A stretch of 63,989 bases of DNA, filler included, from Basidioascus undulatus (taxonomy: Eukaryota): NCBI GenBank assembly GCA_000826855.1. It is 5 parts of 5 records of this genome, joined end to end, with 100 filler letters (N's around TTAATTAATTAA, not from the genome) between each part and the next. Parts side by side here need not be neighbours in the genome. Positions count along the whole stretch, not along the records: positions 39,139 to 52,047 come from JTLS01000862.1; positions 52,148 to 63,989 come from JTLS01000975.1; 3 more parts are not named here. One strand, 5' to 3'. Below are positions 39,527 to 52,223 of this stretch, in pieces (the first letter of the stretch is position 1; each line of letters opens with the position of its first letter). A model generated the notes under the pieces. It did not search any database. It saw nothing but the letters and a program-made list of their open reading frames with translations, and was not told where the DNA came from. The position numbers and the translations under genes were made by a program.

Positions 39527-41951
39527 ATGGCGGGCGGCCCCCAAGTGCTCACCCTCCTCGGGACCGTGTTCGACGTGCGTGGGACGCGTCTCCCCACCGC
39601 TCACTTTCCGGGAGACTGATTGTGTGCGGGGAGGCAGTCGGTGTTTGAGGTGTTCTTGCTGTGTATCACAGGTCCGTTGCGCTCGGGGAAGGGGAAATGG
39701 CGTGGGAAGCTGAAGTGAGGTTGTGGCGGAGCGCAGGATACATCCTCGCTACGAAGGGCATCATCGACAAGCCGGGCACGAAGCTGCTCAACAAGCTCAA
39801 TGTTAACTTGTTCACTCCTGTGCGTCTTCCTCTTCTTCCCCAGATCTTGCGTGAAGAGGATGACTGACGCGGTGGATGTGGGCAGGCCCTCCTCTGCTCC
39901 AAAGTCGCCTTTTCCCTCTCGCCCCAGAAGCTGCGCGAGCTGCATGTCATTCCGATCGGGTTTGTCGTGGTGCGTTTCACCTCTTCCAATTGCCACTCGG
40001 AGCACCTTCCTTATGTTCGCTGGGCACGCGCAGGTCACCGTCGTCAGCGTCGCCGTTGCCTGGGGGCTGGGGCACCTCTTCCGGCTGAGCAGGAGCCAGC
40101 GGTTCGTTGTCTTCCTCCTCCTCCCTCTCACCTTCCCTTCCATTCCTGACACGTACTCGTGGTCCTCTCAGCTCATTTTGCATCGCCGCCTCTGCATTCA
40201 TGAACAGCAACTCGCTCCCGATCGCGCTCATGCAGGTGCGCTCGCTCCGCTTTCTTTTGGATCGGTCTGAGAGCCGAGAGCTGAAGACAGCTGCGGGCGA
40301 TCCGCGCGACAGTCCCTCGTCGTCACCGTCCCCCACCTCAAGTGGACCAAGGACGACAACAAGGACGCGATGCTCGGCCGCGCACTGACGTACCTCGTGA
40401 TGTACAGCACGCTGGGTATGTCTCTCCTCTCCCTCCCTCTCCTTCCCTCCCTCCCTTCACTCACACTCTCCTTCTCCGCCAGGGATGGTCCTCCGCTGGT
40501 CCTGGGGCGTCAAACTCCTCACCCAAGCAGACGACGAGGCGATCCCCTCCCCTTTCGCGCCCTCCTCCGCCGCCTCCTCTGAGGACGAGGACGAAGACCC
40601 CTCCGCTCGTCAAGACACGTCTTCCCTCCTGCGCCCTAAACCACCCATCACCCTCTCCCACGCCTCGCCCTCGCCCTCCCCCGAGCCGCTCAACGACCCC
40701 CCGCACATGGTCACGCCCGCCTCGACCGTCCGGGGCCCGCATCGCCCAGCCGAGAACGGGCGATTTTACCGCTCGTGGCCGAACACGCCTGGCGGGCCGA
40801 CGCCCGCGCACTCGATCTACTCTGACGGAACGGCTGAGGACGAGCGGGCTGCGGGGGCGCAGCCCTTCCCCCCCTGGGTCCGGCGCACCGCCCGCGCGCT
40901 GGGGAAGACAGGCAGAAAGTTCAACAGCTTCATGACCGCCCCGCTGTGGGCGGCGCTCGTGTCGATCATCATTGCGCTTATCCCGCCTTTGCAGGGTGCG
41001 TTCGGGGAAGGGGAAGCAGGTGTGAGGGCGGCACTGATGGAGAGGGTGATGGGGGGCAATCAGCGTGGTTGGCGAAGATCAAGCCCCTCCGCGGGGCACT
41101 TAAGTCGGCGGGGAACGTGAGCGTGCCGCTGACGCTTGTGGTTTTGGGCGGTGGGTCCTTCTCCCTCTCCCTCTCCACCCGTGACTGATGCAGAAACCGC
41201 TGCCCAGCCTATTTCTACACCCCCCCCCACCCCAGCTGCCCCTAACCGCCGAAGAGCAGGAACAAGCACATGAGCTGCACAGAACGCAGTCGATCGCGAG
41301 CAGCATCCACTCGTACTTCAAGCGGCGCGCGGCGCGCAAGAGCCCTGCGAAGCCGGGGGAGACGCGGTACGCCTGTTGCCTGGCTTCCTTCAAGGTTCCT
41401 GAGTTGACGGAGGGGAATGGGACGGTGGGTGGGATTGGAAACAGGACGATCGTCGTTGCGGTCCTGGCACGCATGATCGTCACCCCTTCGTTGTTGCTGC
41501 CGTTCTTCTTGTGGGATAATTTGACGGAGTCACATCGGATTATGGTGCATCGTTCCACATCTTCCTCCCGTGTCGGCTGCATTGCTGACTTGGCTGTGCT
41601 TCTTCCCGCGCAGGACGACCCCGTGTTCGTCGTCTCCGCCTGCCTACTGATCGGGTACGTCTCAATCAACAAATGCCAAGGGAAGAATCTTGCACGCTGA
41701 TGAGATTGTCTTGACAACCGCACAGCTCCCCAACCGCCCTCACCCTCGCACAAATAACGCAAGCCGCATCGGGCGACGCGTTCGAGCGGCTCATCTCCAA
41801 GTGCGTTGGCTCCCTTCCCCCACTCGCATCCTTTTCCAACTTCGAAACTGACACCGGCGAACGAAGGACCATTTTTGTTTCTTACGCACTCCTCACGCCC
41901 ATCACCTCCCTCGCATACGTCGTGCTCGGATTGGTGCTATCACAACAGTAA
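39527..41951 (+). CDS. Auxin efflux carrier (Mem_trans/PILS-like) family membrane protein
   Basis: SVFEVFLLCITGYIL..LNKLNVNLFTPALLCSKVAFSL, FMNSNSLPIALMQSL, MLGRALTYLVMYSTLGMVLRWSWG, FNSFMTAPLWAA, SVPLTLVVLG, DDPVFVV and PTALTLAQITQ. Stop TAA at 41949-41951. Confidence 0.9.
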
Positions 41952-42267
41952 TAGGGAAGCGGGTGTGAAACGACAATGCATGTCTGTTACGATCACGACC
42001 TCGAGTGGCTGATTTGTGAGTGTCCAGAACGACATTCCTTTCTTTCGGTAAACGGGTGGGTTGGGGAGGCTGCGAATGGCAGCGGCAGGGGTTAAGGGAG
42101 TCCAGGGCCCCTTCCGAAGGGGCTGGCTTCTCGCCTTTTCTTCGGCCCCTGCACCTCAAATAGTCGTCAAAGCGACAAGGCACGCGAAAACAACCAGCCT
42201 CCATTTCGATGGCCGGCTCATTCGCTGTGCTTCTTTCCGATCATCGCTCACCCGCTCGCTCGCTCGG

Positions 42268-42273
42268 TATAAA
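42268..42273 (+). promoter_or_regulatory. Putative TATA box
   Basis: TATAAA about 80 nt upstream of the signal-peptide ORF at 42351. Confidence 0.4.
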
Positions 42274-42350
42274 GGCCGGCCGGAGCCTGCCTCTACCGCC
42301 CCACACAATCCACATTATCATCATTTAATCCTCTACTCGTCTAGCCAAGC

Positions 42351-43036
42351 TTGCGCGCAGTCTTCGTCTCCAGCTTCCTCTTCTCCCTCGTCGTCGCTGC
42401 CGCCGCCACCAACAAGGAGAAGCACCCGTACCACCCTCCCTCCGGCTCCGTCTTCGTCTTCCTCGGCGGCGGCGGCCCCGGCGGGTTCGGTGAGTTCCCG
42501 CCCTTCCAAGGCCCCCCTCCCGCCAGCCTGCCGCCTCAGGGCCAAGTGCAAGCCCAGGCGTTCCAGTCCGGCGAGGTCTTCCGCCAAGGCGGGCAAGAAG
42601 ACGGTGCGATCGGGGTGATCACTCCCATCACGCAGGGGATCCTCCAGGGCTCCGGGGCGGACTTCATCTTCGGCGGTGCCCGGATCGTCGTCGTCGACGA
42701 CCCGAACGCGAACGGCCCGACTGCCGGCATCTGCCGCACGCCCGCGTTCGGCAAGCGTGCGCTTGACCAGCAGGAGGAGGGGATTAATATTTGGAACGAC
42801 GTGGATGTCGATTGGGTTCGAGCAGGAGGCGTTTGCGGGGCATAGGTTTAAGGAGGAGGAGGAGGAGCGGGAGAAGGAGAAGAAGGAGAAGAAGGAGAAG
42901 AAGGAGAAGAAGTAAGTGTTTTGTATGGAGGAGAGGCTGCAGCGCCCCGCTGACTCTGTGGTTCCTGTTTAGGCCCAAGAAGTCGTCGTCTCCAAGAAGG
43001 ACTAGAGCGCTCTCTTCCAGGAGCGAAGAAAGGTAA
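42351..43036 (+). CDS. Small secreted protein with Gly/Pro-rich domain, KR site and Lys/Glu-rich tail; first codon is TTG
   Basis: Signal-peptide-like (L/M)RAVFVSSFLFSLVVAAAA, strong GC3 bias, FGKR/ALDQQEE dibasic site and EKEKKEKKEKKEKK repeat. The 3' end is uncertain. Confidence 0.6.
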
Positions 43037-43347
43037 GTTCTCTCACACTGCCTCCATGAAACAAGGATATGACCCTCCGCTCGTTGGTCTATCCCATGCT
43101 CCCGTCCTCCTCGCTTCCTTCTCAGGCGTGACAGTCGGTTGCGCACGGCCGACTTGTACCGCTTTCGTTTTCTTGTTCTTCGCCATCAAAATTTTCTTTC
43201 GTGTCAAACGGGTTCCTGTTGTGATGCTGCCTATCTCTCTCACCCATTATTATGACGAAGCCGAAGTGCAAGCGTTAATGCGTAAGAGTGAAAGGCACAA
43301 GGTTCGAGATCAAGGAAGAAGCGGGGGTGGGGGGGGGTAGATGGCCC

Positions 43348-44990
43348 TCATGCGATGGCCGCCCTGCAGCCATTGTTCTGTGCGTTCGCGTCCCCAACCG
43401 TGAAGTCTGCACCACCGTTGGCCGCCTGGGTATTGCGGGGTGTGTCAGCCTTGCGATTCCACAGGCTGCGAGCGGAGCTACGGTGGGGAGGCTTGATCAG
43501 AGATGCACATTGGCCGCTTGGTTGCTGCACGTCGCACGACCGTCCGAGCACGGCGGCGAGGTTGAGGAAGGAGTCGTTGTTTCCACGCTACCCAAAGCGC
43601 CCATCATCGCGGTCAGCGCTCAGCGGAGGCATGGATGAGGAAGATGCCTGAGAAAACGCTGCACGTACAGGAACCCACACCCTCCCGCAATGACAGCCGG
43701 TGCCGAGATCCCCCCAGCGCGCCAGTAAAAGTCTGCAGGTTGCCACCCGAGGCAGCCGCTCCCCGGTAGAATCAGTACTGGCGGGAGTCGAGCCGGTCGT
43801 GTTCGTGTTCGAGCCGGAAGGGGTACCGCCGACAGCAGCGGTTATCTCCTCCGCTGTCGCGTCTTCGACGACTATATCCCCGATCTCCTTGGTCAGCAGC
43901 TATTATTCTCGTATGCCAGTAGTGGAATATAGACGCACGGCGGTTGAGGGTGAAAATGCACCCCGTGGCGTCGTTGAGGTCATCGCAGGTGTTGCCTGCG
44001 GCGGTGGAGTCCGACTGCAGTGGAGCCAACAGTGAGGGTGAACATTAAAACAGATTATGGGTAGAGAAGCCGAGGGAAAAATGTGAAATAGAATGCTCAC
44101 TCTGGCCGGGGCTGAACATGCACGTCTCCAGCGCGAGCTGCGCGTCTCCCCCGACAGCAGCGATGTGGCGCGCGAGCTCCAGGACGATAGCCTTGCTGCG
44201 AAACTCAAGGGTCAGTCAGAAGACCTATAGGATGTTAAAGGTGGTATAGTTGGAATTACTTTTCCTCAGCGGCGTTCTCGCTCGCGGGGTCTTGGTGACG
44301 GTCGATGGCCGCGATCTCGGGGTTGACGGCAGCGACGGCGGTGCATTTGGTGCTCTTAACTCCGACCGAGCCTGTCGGGTCGACAAGAGAGGGTTAAGTG
44401 TGTCCTTAACTGGTAAGCTGAAGATTCAGGTTAGTAAGACGCACCGGTGTTCCGCTCCAGCGCAGCGTACCACAGCGCAGCTACCATCCCGTCCACGCTC
44501 CCCGCCGCCTTGCTGCCCAGAATTCCCCTAAACTTTCGGGGAGTGAGGCTGGACAGGTACTCACGTTCGTGAAAGCTCGGTCGGCCGTCGAGAACTGCAG
44601 ACAGTCCGGGTCGAGGTTTGGGACACCTTCTTGCGCCGCCGCGTTGCCCAGGAGGCCGAAAACCTGCCAACCGCGAAGCACAAGAACCAGGGTCACCCCG
44701 AGTCTTATCCTTCCTGGTGTATGGGTTTACGCACCGGGTCTACGATCTGGTCCGGGTTGTCCATGTCGAGGAAGGTCTTGACTGTGCGAAGGAACTGCGT
44801 ACAATGATATTCTGCGTCCGTTGGTCAGGTATTGGGACGGTATTTATCTTCTCGTGCTGTTCGAACCACCACAAATTAGTCTGTGTGTCAAAGATCAAGA
44901 GATGAAGGACCTCATCTCACGCTCTGGAAAGCGAACGTGCCTCGTCAGCGCGATGGTCTCCCAGCGCCACCGACGCTGCAAACCGTACTC
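43348..44990 (-). CDS. Conserved fungal secreted Cys-containing protein (uncharacterised family), frameshifted
   Basis: Spliced NPDQIVDPVFGLLGNAAA, DCLQFSTADRAFTN, AALERNTG, VNPEIAAIDRHQDPAS, LELARHIAAVGGD, GNTCDDLNDATGCIF, NLQTFTGALG and LGRSCDVQ match a fungal secreted family I recognise from memory. Frameshifts in G-runs near 43712 and 43762; start unclear. Confidence 0.7.
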
Positions 44991-47900
44991 ACATGTTCCT
45001 GCTGTACCTCCCTCGCCCACATCTGTCCATGAGGGCGAGCCTGCGCGGCGCGGGGGGAAAAAGGAGGGCCGAAGAGACCGTGAGTGCGGTGAAGGGCAGC
45101 ATCGGGTGAAAGACAGTGTGCGTCGCAAAGGAGTGATGGAAGAGTCGATGAAGTGAATTAGAGCGATCGGCGTTAGATGAGGAGCGAGGAGAAGGTGGAT
45201 GTCGAGAGATTCAAGCGTTGGAGAAAGGTCCTGACTGATATAGGTGGGAAAGGAAGATGGGAGCAGGACACGATGGGAAGGATCTTCAGGCACGGCTCAG
45301 CGTACGCAGTAAAAGGAGATTTCCGCCTCTCCGCCTGGAGGTTATTATTCACCCCTTGGCCTTCATTCTCTCAAACTCCAAGAAGGATCTTTGAGAGCGT
45401 CCATGAACACGAGCGCCTCGAGAGTCGACGCCCGCCACTCGATGGAAAAAGGGGTGAGCATGAAACACGCCGTGCGAAGTTGAATCTTACGCTGCAACGA
45501 AAAGGTACAAAGGCAGAATACAAGTCGTTGGATATGTGTTGTGTAGAGCTTGGTGGTTCCTGGTGGCCAAGCAGCAGAAGACGACAAGATAACGAAAGCT
45601 GGCACGCAGCTCTGGACAAGGCCGGTTTGTACCGACACCAAGTGCGGTGGCACCTACGTATATTTGAATACCTCCAAAATTTTACGGGAAGCACTGCTCA
45701 TGGTTCTTGCAGCTTGCAGTGAATGGGGAAATGTTGTTCCAATGTCAATTGACAGGCTCGAATGCGTTCGCAAATTTCGCGGTTTCATGCGCCTTGCGAC
45801 CACTTGGAGGAAGCATATCGCCCAGCAGCGGTACTGAAGTCATGAAATATTTGTTGAGGAGAATGTTAGAGATTGAAGCGAGCGTCTGGAAGGGAAGGGG
45901 CTGGTCCAACGTTGGTAGATATGCTTCGAGTAGGCTCAATGCGCCTCAAGTACGTCCAGAAACGACAAGATGGGAACCCTATTCAAAATGTTTAGGAGAC
46001 ATGTGGCAGTACCCCACAAAGTTCCATTGACTGAACTGACGGCGGTAACTACAAGTAACTACATGCTGACTGCCTGACTGACCCCCCCGCGCAGTATCAC
46101 AACTTCCTGCCGGAGCAGCTTGCTTGAACGTGCTATGAATGGAGGCACACATCAAGTAATGATAAAACCCCTGATTACAAGTCTTGTGTGGGTGACGGTC
46201 GATTTAGGCAGCGTAGGAAGGGAAGAATCTGCGAGATACACGCTGTACCCGCTGCACCGAGCACCACCACGCATAGCGCGCAGGAAGACTCGGGCTTACG
46301 AGTTTCTATCCCGCAGATCCATCATTTCGATAACCTGCCCTGCCCCGCAAGTATAGGGCCCATCATCTAGAGGAAGCATTCCCTCCCGTCTCGGACGTCA
46401 CAACTGTATTGCTTCTCTGCGGAGCTGTCACGTTCGCTTTAGCCGCGCGTTCGTCCAATTGACGGAAATCAGTCTCCACAACTGGACTGTTCCAGAATGA
46501 GCTGCTTTACGCAGTGAGCTTTGTGCTTTCCTTGGGCCCAAAGTGTGCATCTTTGGGCCACTCTTCAACCTCCCCGTCAGTGCGCGCAGGTTGCGCATTG
46601 GATTCCGTCGAGCCGGACGACCACCGTTCGGAGTGAATGGTGAAAGACGCATTCGCCCTACCCACTCTTGTTGTTTAAGTTACCTACTGGTTCAGGTGTT
46701 TTATGTAGTTCTTCGTCCCCTCCGCTACCTTCCCGTCCCTTTCCGGTCGCCCCACACTCCAAGTTCCCAGCCCTCCCATTTTCAGCGCACCACCCTTTTC
46801 TCGCGCGATACGCCCTCAAAAAAACGGCGTATTCAAACACGACCCACTTATGTCGTTTTATTCTCAGCCACTCCCCTTCTTCCGTCGGTGGCTCGTTCAA
46901 CAGGCCTAATCAAGAGACGAAGGAGCAGTCGTCCGCCCGCCTAGAGCCTTCAGGAATGGTTTGGTTATCCACGCTACCACCGTTGCACTTTTATCTTTTA
47001 TACGTCTCCGTTGAGCCTAGCTCCCGTCCTATTCTCGGCGAGTTTTGGCCGGGTATAGAAGCTGAAACTGATCTGAACTTTCAAAGTACAGCCTTTGACC
47101 CCGACTCGATCTCCGCGAAGGGCATGAACGGTGCAGCCGAGCCGAGCGCCTTGCAGTAGTTATCAGTAGCAAGTGCCTAGGGACAAAAAGTCCAACACCC
47201 TGGCATCAGGCGGATCCTTTTGTGCTGCAATGCGACTGCCTGAGCTAGTAGCTGAAGGCGGTCCTTGCCTGACTGACCGTCTGCACAGATGGAATCCAAA
47301 GGCGGAGCAGCTCAGTTCAACTATGCATGCGTGGAAAGATGTTTCGAGTGCAGTTCATGGGGGGGTAACAATGAATAACAGGGGTAACGATGACTTTTCG
47401 CAACATGGGAAGGGGAAGCTCCAGGGTACAGGTTCTATTCGAGCCAGGGACGTAGGGTGTTTCGGTGATCAACTAGTACCATCAGCAATGCCGGGCGTGG
47501 GTGGTTGTGATTAACCTATGGAAGAAAGTTTGAACGGCCACCCTTGAAATAACTGACACAATGCCACTTACTGCAGAGGCCTCCCAAAAATGTGCCGCAC
47601 AAGCCGGTGGCCATGACATTCGCCCTAGCAGATAGCAACAGGGTCAGCGCATTGGAATATTTTCGCAAGAGCATAAAAAAGTATGAACGAAGTACCGTCA
47701 ACCTGCGTTTTGAGATCCAGCGCAGCGATATAGCACGCGGCGAAGTTGGCCCAGCCAGATGGTCCATTTGTTCCAGCTCCGACTCCGCACCAGACAGGTA
47801 AAGCAAAGCGGTTAGAAGAAATTTACAACAAGTCAGATCTTCTTCGACTAACATCAAGGCCCTTGATAACGTCGTCCGTGGGCGATCCATCGGTCATCTT

Positions 47901-48742
47901 GTCCGGACCGGGCGTCCGCAGGGCAAGCGCAGCTGTTGTTGTCTTCGCCCTTGCTGCAGATTCAGGGTCGAGTGTGAGTGGAGTGGGCGTGAGAAAAAGA
48001 GGACATTGTGAAGGGTTAGGATTACGAGATGTAGCAGCTCCAGTCTTGCAAAACCCACCGGAGAAGACGCTCGTCAGCCCGGACTTCCAACGCCAGAGGT
48101 CAACGGCTCAGCTTGAGCTAGTGTTACTTACCGTTGCTTGTGTTGGCGCCCGAGTGGTTCCTGCAGTCGTCACACATATACTCATCCCCTGGAGGAGTCG
48201 ACGCAGTAGAGGTCGCCTTTGGGAACCGTGCTGGGGTGGTTCGCGGTCTGTCAAACCGACTCAAAACTACTGAACGATTCTGATTAATTTCTCTCGCACA
48301 TGCCCAAGCCTACCCGTGCGATGCTAGTACTGTCCCCAGGATACGAAGAGCGCGGCCTTGGGGCATTCAACGTTCGGGCGATGTTCAAGAATCGTGAACA
48401 GGCGTAGGAGAACGAAACCGCCCCAGCTTTACCTCTGATACGAGCTGAAAGATGCGTCGCCAGCGCTGCAAAGACTTTCCTCTCACCCCTCTCACCCCTC
48501 TCACTCCAACCTCCCCTCACCACAACATCTCGCCCTACTCTTCTCCCTCCCATCCGCATGCTACTCCATCCACGCCCCGCCACCTATACGCCCCGCCTCC
48601 ACGTCCTCTCCCAAGCCGGCTCAGTCCCACCATAACTTCCGCCGCCGCCGCTCTCTGCCCACAGCGCACGCAGCCTTCCTTGTGCAAAAGAACTTTTTGT
48701 ACAAGAACCCCAAACAAAGTCCCCGGAAGCCCCAGTGCGGGC

Positions 48743-48847
48743 CTACTCCGAGTCGTCCTCGTCGCCCGAGATCTCGGCGTTCTCCTTCTCCACGCGCGCC
48801 ATGAGCGCCTCGAGCTCTTGGTCCTCGGACTCGGAGACTGCTTTGGG
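48743..48847 (-). CDS. SUI2: Orphan terminal exon of translation initiation factor eIF2-alpha
   Basis: After a CTGAT branch site and CAG acceptor the exon reads PKAVSESEDQELEALMARVEKENAEISGDEDDSE*. This matches the eIF2-alpha C-terminus (human [32 protein letters not shown]). No upstream exons were recognised. Confidence 0.8.
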   Translation of the reverse strand, partial: PKAVSESEDQELEALMARVEKENAEISGDEDDSE

Positions 48848-51800
48848 CTGTTGGGGTTGGAGAAGGGGATCAGGATCGTGGTATGCCGTATGAGATGAAA
48901 GTGAAGAAAGGGGTGGAGGAGGGAGGAGGGAGGGGAGACCGGAGAGAGACGGCGAGGTGGAGAGGAGAGGGATGGGAGAGGAGAGGGGGGAGGAACAGGG
49001 CGTAGTGGGAAGAGAGGAAGAGGGAGAAGGTGAAAATGGGAGGGAGGGAAAAGGAGGCGGGATGGGGTCTGGGCGGAGGGCAGACCAGGGGGGCAGGGAG
49101 CTCGCGGACGTGCGCCCGGACGGTCGAAAGACGCGCCGGGGGAGGCGGGCGGCCGGCGTAGAACGCAGGGTGGGCAGTCTACCGCGGTTCGAGTAGTAAC
49201 TTAGAACGCACGAGCAGGTGCGTGTGCAGTGGAAAAAGGAGCGTGTTTGGTCGAGCGGCGATCAGCGAGAAAGAGTCGAGGGAAAGAAGAAAGAGTCAGA
49301 ACGACTGTGGGAACTTTGGGAAGGGCATCATCACGTTTCCCCAATGCCGAGGAGGCTGGAAGCCGGAACTTGCTTGGCCGGAAATAAGCAATTCGCCATT
49401 TATACAGCCTCATTTTCATCGCGTCCATACTCAGAGTAACATCAGAGGCTGAAAATAAGTATCCGTGTTGAGGTCCGCAGCACGCTCGGAGGATGCGCGG
49501 ACCAACCCGTGCTCCCCAATTTAACGCTCGAGCCACTTCGTCCCCTGGACCATGGCCGATTGCAATACGCAGTACGATAGGCCGGTTTAAATACAGTGGG
49601 AAAGCAGTTCGGGAGTCGGCACGGTCAGCTCCGTAGAGACCGAGTGGGGACAGCCGGCCGTATTGTGACACCGTTCACCGTGACCGCCGCCGTTGGACGC
49701 TCATAAGCAGATAAGAGCGGACAGCGGTGACGGAGAGCGTCCACTCTTTGCTCGGCCGTCATATTCAGAAAAGATCGAGGGATATATGCGTTGAAGAAGG
49801 AGGAACGCTTTGGAACGGCCTGTGATCATCCAAGTGTGGTGTCGGTGCAATGCGGAAGGAGCGGCTCAGGACCCTCGCTGCGTGCTCGTCTCGTGTTCCT
49901 GCACTGCCGCCAAAGGCCCTTCGAGAGGGTATAGGGACTTGGCCCACGAAATGTTTCCAATGCGGAATATCACCCAAAGATGTTGCTGATTGCGATAAAT
50001 CTCGCAAGACTGTTGTGCAAACTCGACGGAGGCCAGCTACAATCATAGAACGCGGCCTGACTACCGCCTTTCGCTTTCGGCCTTGCGCATGAACCGTTCC
50101 TCACTCAGGCTCCCTACTCCTCATATGGAATAAGGACACTCTGTCTCCTTTACGGAGGCGCGTTTGCTTCTCTTTTGCCCACGAAGGGGTCAATATCGGA
50201 GCAGCGCTGTTGTCCGTTCCGCTCTGTTGTTGGGATGCTTCAAGATCAGTTGCAATTCAGAGGAGCAAATGCCAGAAGTTCGGAGCGCTCTGAGGTTGAG
50301 AGAAAACGAGGTGCTCGCAGACCGCTTTCCGCGGGCTGCGGCGTACAATTTGGCAGATGGCCATCCCATGCGCAGGTGCACGGAGATTAACCATCAGTCA
50401 TTCAGTTGCACAGATCATTTTTCCGCTCATCTGGCACTCAAACGCCGCGTCTTGGTTGAAGACAACATCAAGGCCTGCCGCGGGTTCATGCATCGTGATG
50501 GACGGCCTCGGGTGCGCGGGTGCATGCCATGTCGTTCCGGCTCTTCAGGCCAATGCATCAGAAGGTGCGACCATGCCAAAGTGGAGTCCCTATAAGTCCC
50601 TTCAAAATATGTACAAACCCAGCCGGGAGGATGCTCGATCAATGCGGAGTTCAGCCTGCGGTCAGAGCGCACAGGTGCCAGGCATGGGGAGAGGAACAGT
50701 CTGGAGACAGTGAACATCCGGAACGGCGTGCACCACACTGCGAAAACCACACTCTTGTCCTCAACCTCAAATGTTGTGGGTCGGCGACCGCAACGGAAAA
50801 AAGACCTCTATAGCTGAATATCTGTTGGTTTATTCCCATGCACCCAACAGCAGGGCGTACATTGCATCGCGCTCTTGCGGACGAACCAGCGAACACCGCT
50901 GTCGACGCGCGTGCTCTCGTAGGTTGAGATTTCCATTCATTTCAACTCATAGAATTATTCTCCATATTCGCATTCAATCCATCGTTAGGAAGTGGACAGT
51001 TCAATGCGTGGCAGACAGACTCCTGTGCATCAGAAGGTTGGGCATAGGGAAGTGCAGGATGAAAAACATCAAATAATTCCATCTGAGAGGTCGTTCAAAG
51101 CAAGGCAGAGTCGCGGGTCGAGGCGCACAGGAGCAATGCATGAGTACACTGACGCCCAGGTAGGCACGCGGGGACTAGAACGAACGCTCCTCGCGGCAAT
51201 CTCGTGGGTTATGCAAGCGAGACGGTGAGTAGTGCGGCTAGTGCAGTCGTTTCGTCGGGCAAATACTCAGTTGAAAAGTCACTGCCACAGCGGCTTCAAC
51301 GTTTCCGACTTCAATACCGCCAGCGCCTGGAATAAACACTGCCCTGGGAATTCCGGTTAGTCGAGCTGCCGTAAAACAGCTTGAGGGCTACAGCTGTCTG
51401 ATGCGAGGCGGGTGGCCCACTCCAGCGGGATTCGCGAAGACGAAACCCGGACTTGGACGTGGACTTGAACGTGGACTGTAACGCGTTCGGACGCGGGGGA
51501 AAGCGTCGCAGCCCCTTGGAGCGAGCTCAGCGCTGGGCTCGTTGCTCGTCCTTCAACCAACACCGCTCTCGCTTTCAATCACTGTAGTCACCCATCGTCC
51601 CGGTTGGGGAAGGCCATTTTATGTGAGTGTGCGCCTGTGGTTATGGACTCGGTGCATGAAGCATGCGCTGAGGGGACATGGGGGGCGCGGCGTCTGAGAG
51701 CGCGGGTGCGCTATGGGACGGCTGGAAGGCCTGTGATGGGGTGCTGGGCATCGTGTAATGCAGGAGGATGCTGGAGAGGTCTGAGCTCCCAGCGGGGGAT

Positions 51801-51901
51801 GATGGAGTGAAAGAGACGGCGCGGAAATTGCGGCGTCTGGCTGGAGCACCCCCATCTGGCTGCGATCTGACCTCCATCTCCTGCCCTTCCACAGCCGCAC
51901 A

Positions 51902-52047
51902 ATGAAGCCCCGACCGCCGCCGCTGCCCTTAGGCAAGCCGACGCCTCCTCCTGCTCCGCCCCCGTCGTTCCCCGCGCGCGCCTCCGAGCGCCTGCGCGGG
52001 CGAGCGCCTTCGCCCACGCCGAGCACACCAGGCGACGGCGTGGACCT
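51902..52047 (+). CDS. 5' fragment of a Pro-rich protein cut by the contig end
   Basis: ATG in ACAATG context after a pyrimidine-rich leader; GC-rich open frame runs into the spacer. Confidence 0.45.
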
Positions 52048-52147
52048 NNNNNNNNNNNNNNNNNNNNNNNNNNNNNNNNNNNNNNNNNNNNTTAATTAAT
52101 TAANNNNNNNNNNNNNNNNNNNNNNNNNNNNNNNNNNNNNNNNNNNN
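52048..52147. other. Artificial contig spacer
   Basis: N44-TTAATTAATTAA-N44. Confidence 0.98.
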
Positions 52148-52223
52148 CCCTCCTGCCCCGCTCTTCCCCCTCGGCCTGCCCCTCCCCTTCCCGTCCAACC
52201 CCTATGCCCTCCCCGTCTACAAC

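Noticed and set aside
45000..48400. Several 100-180 aa ORFs in a gene-poor stretch
   Set aside because: No recognisable motifs, codon bias or splice structure; may be relic DNA but cannot be supported.
12960..52147. About 13-kb periodic TTAATTAATTAA palindrome as a biological repeat
   Set aside because: Always embedded in exactly 44+44 N; a synthetic six-frame-stop spacer.
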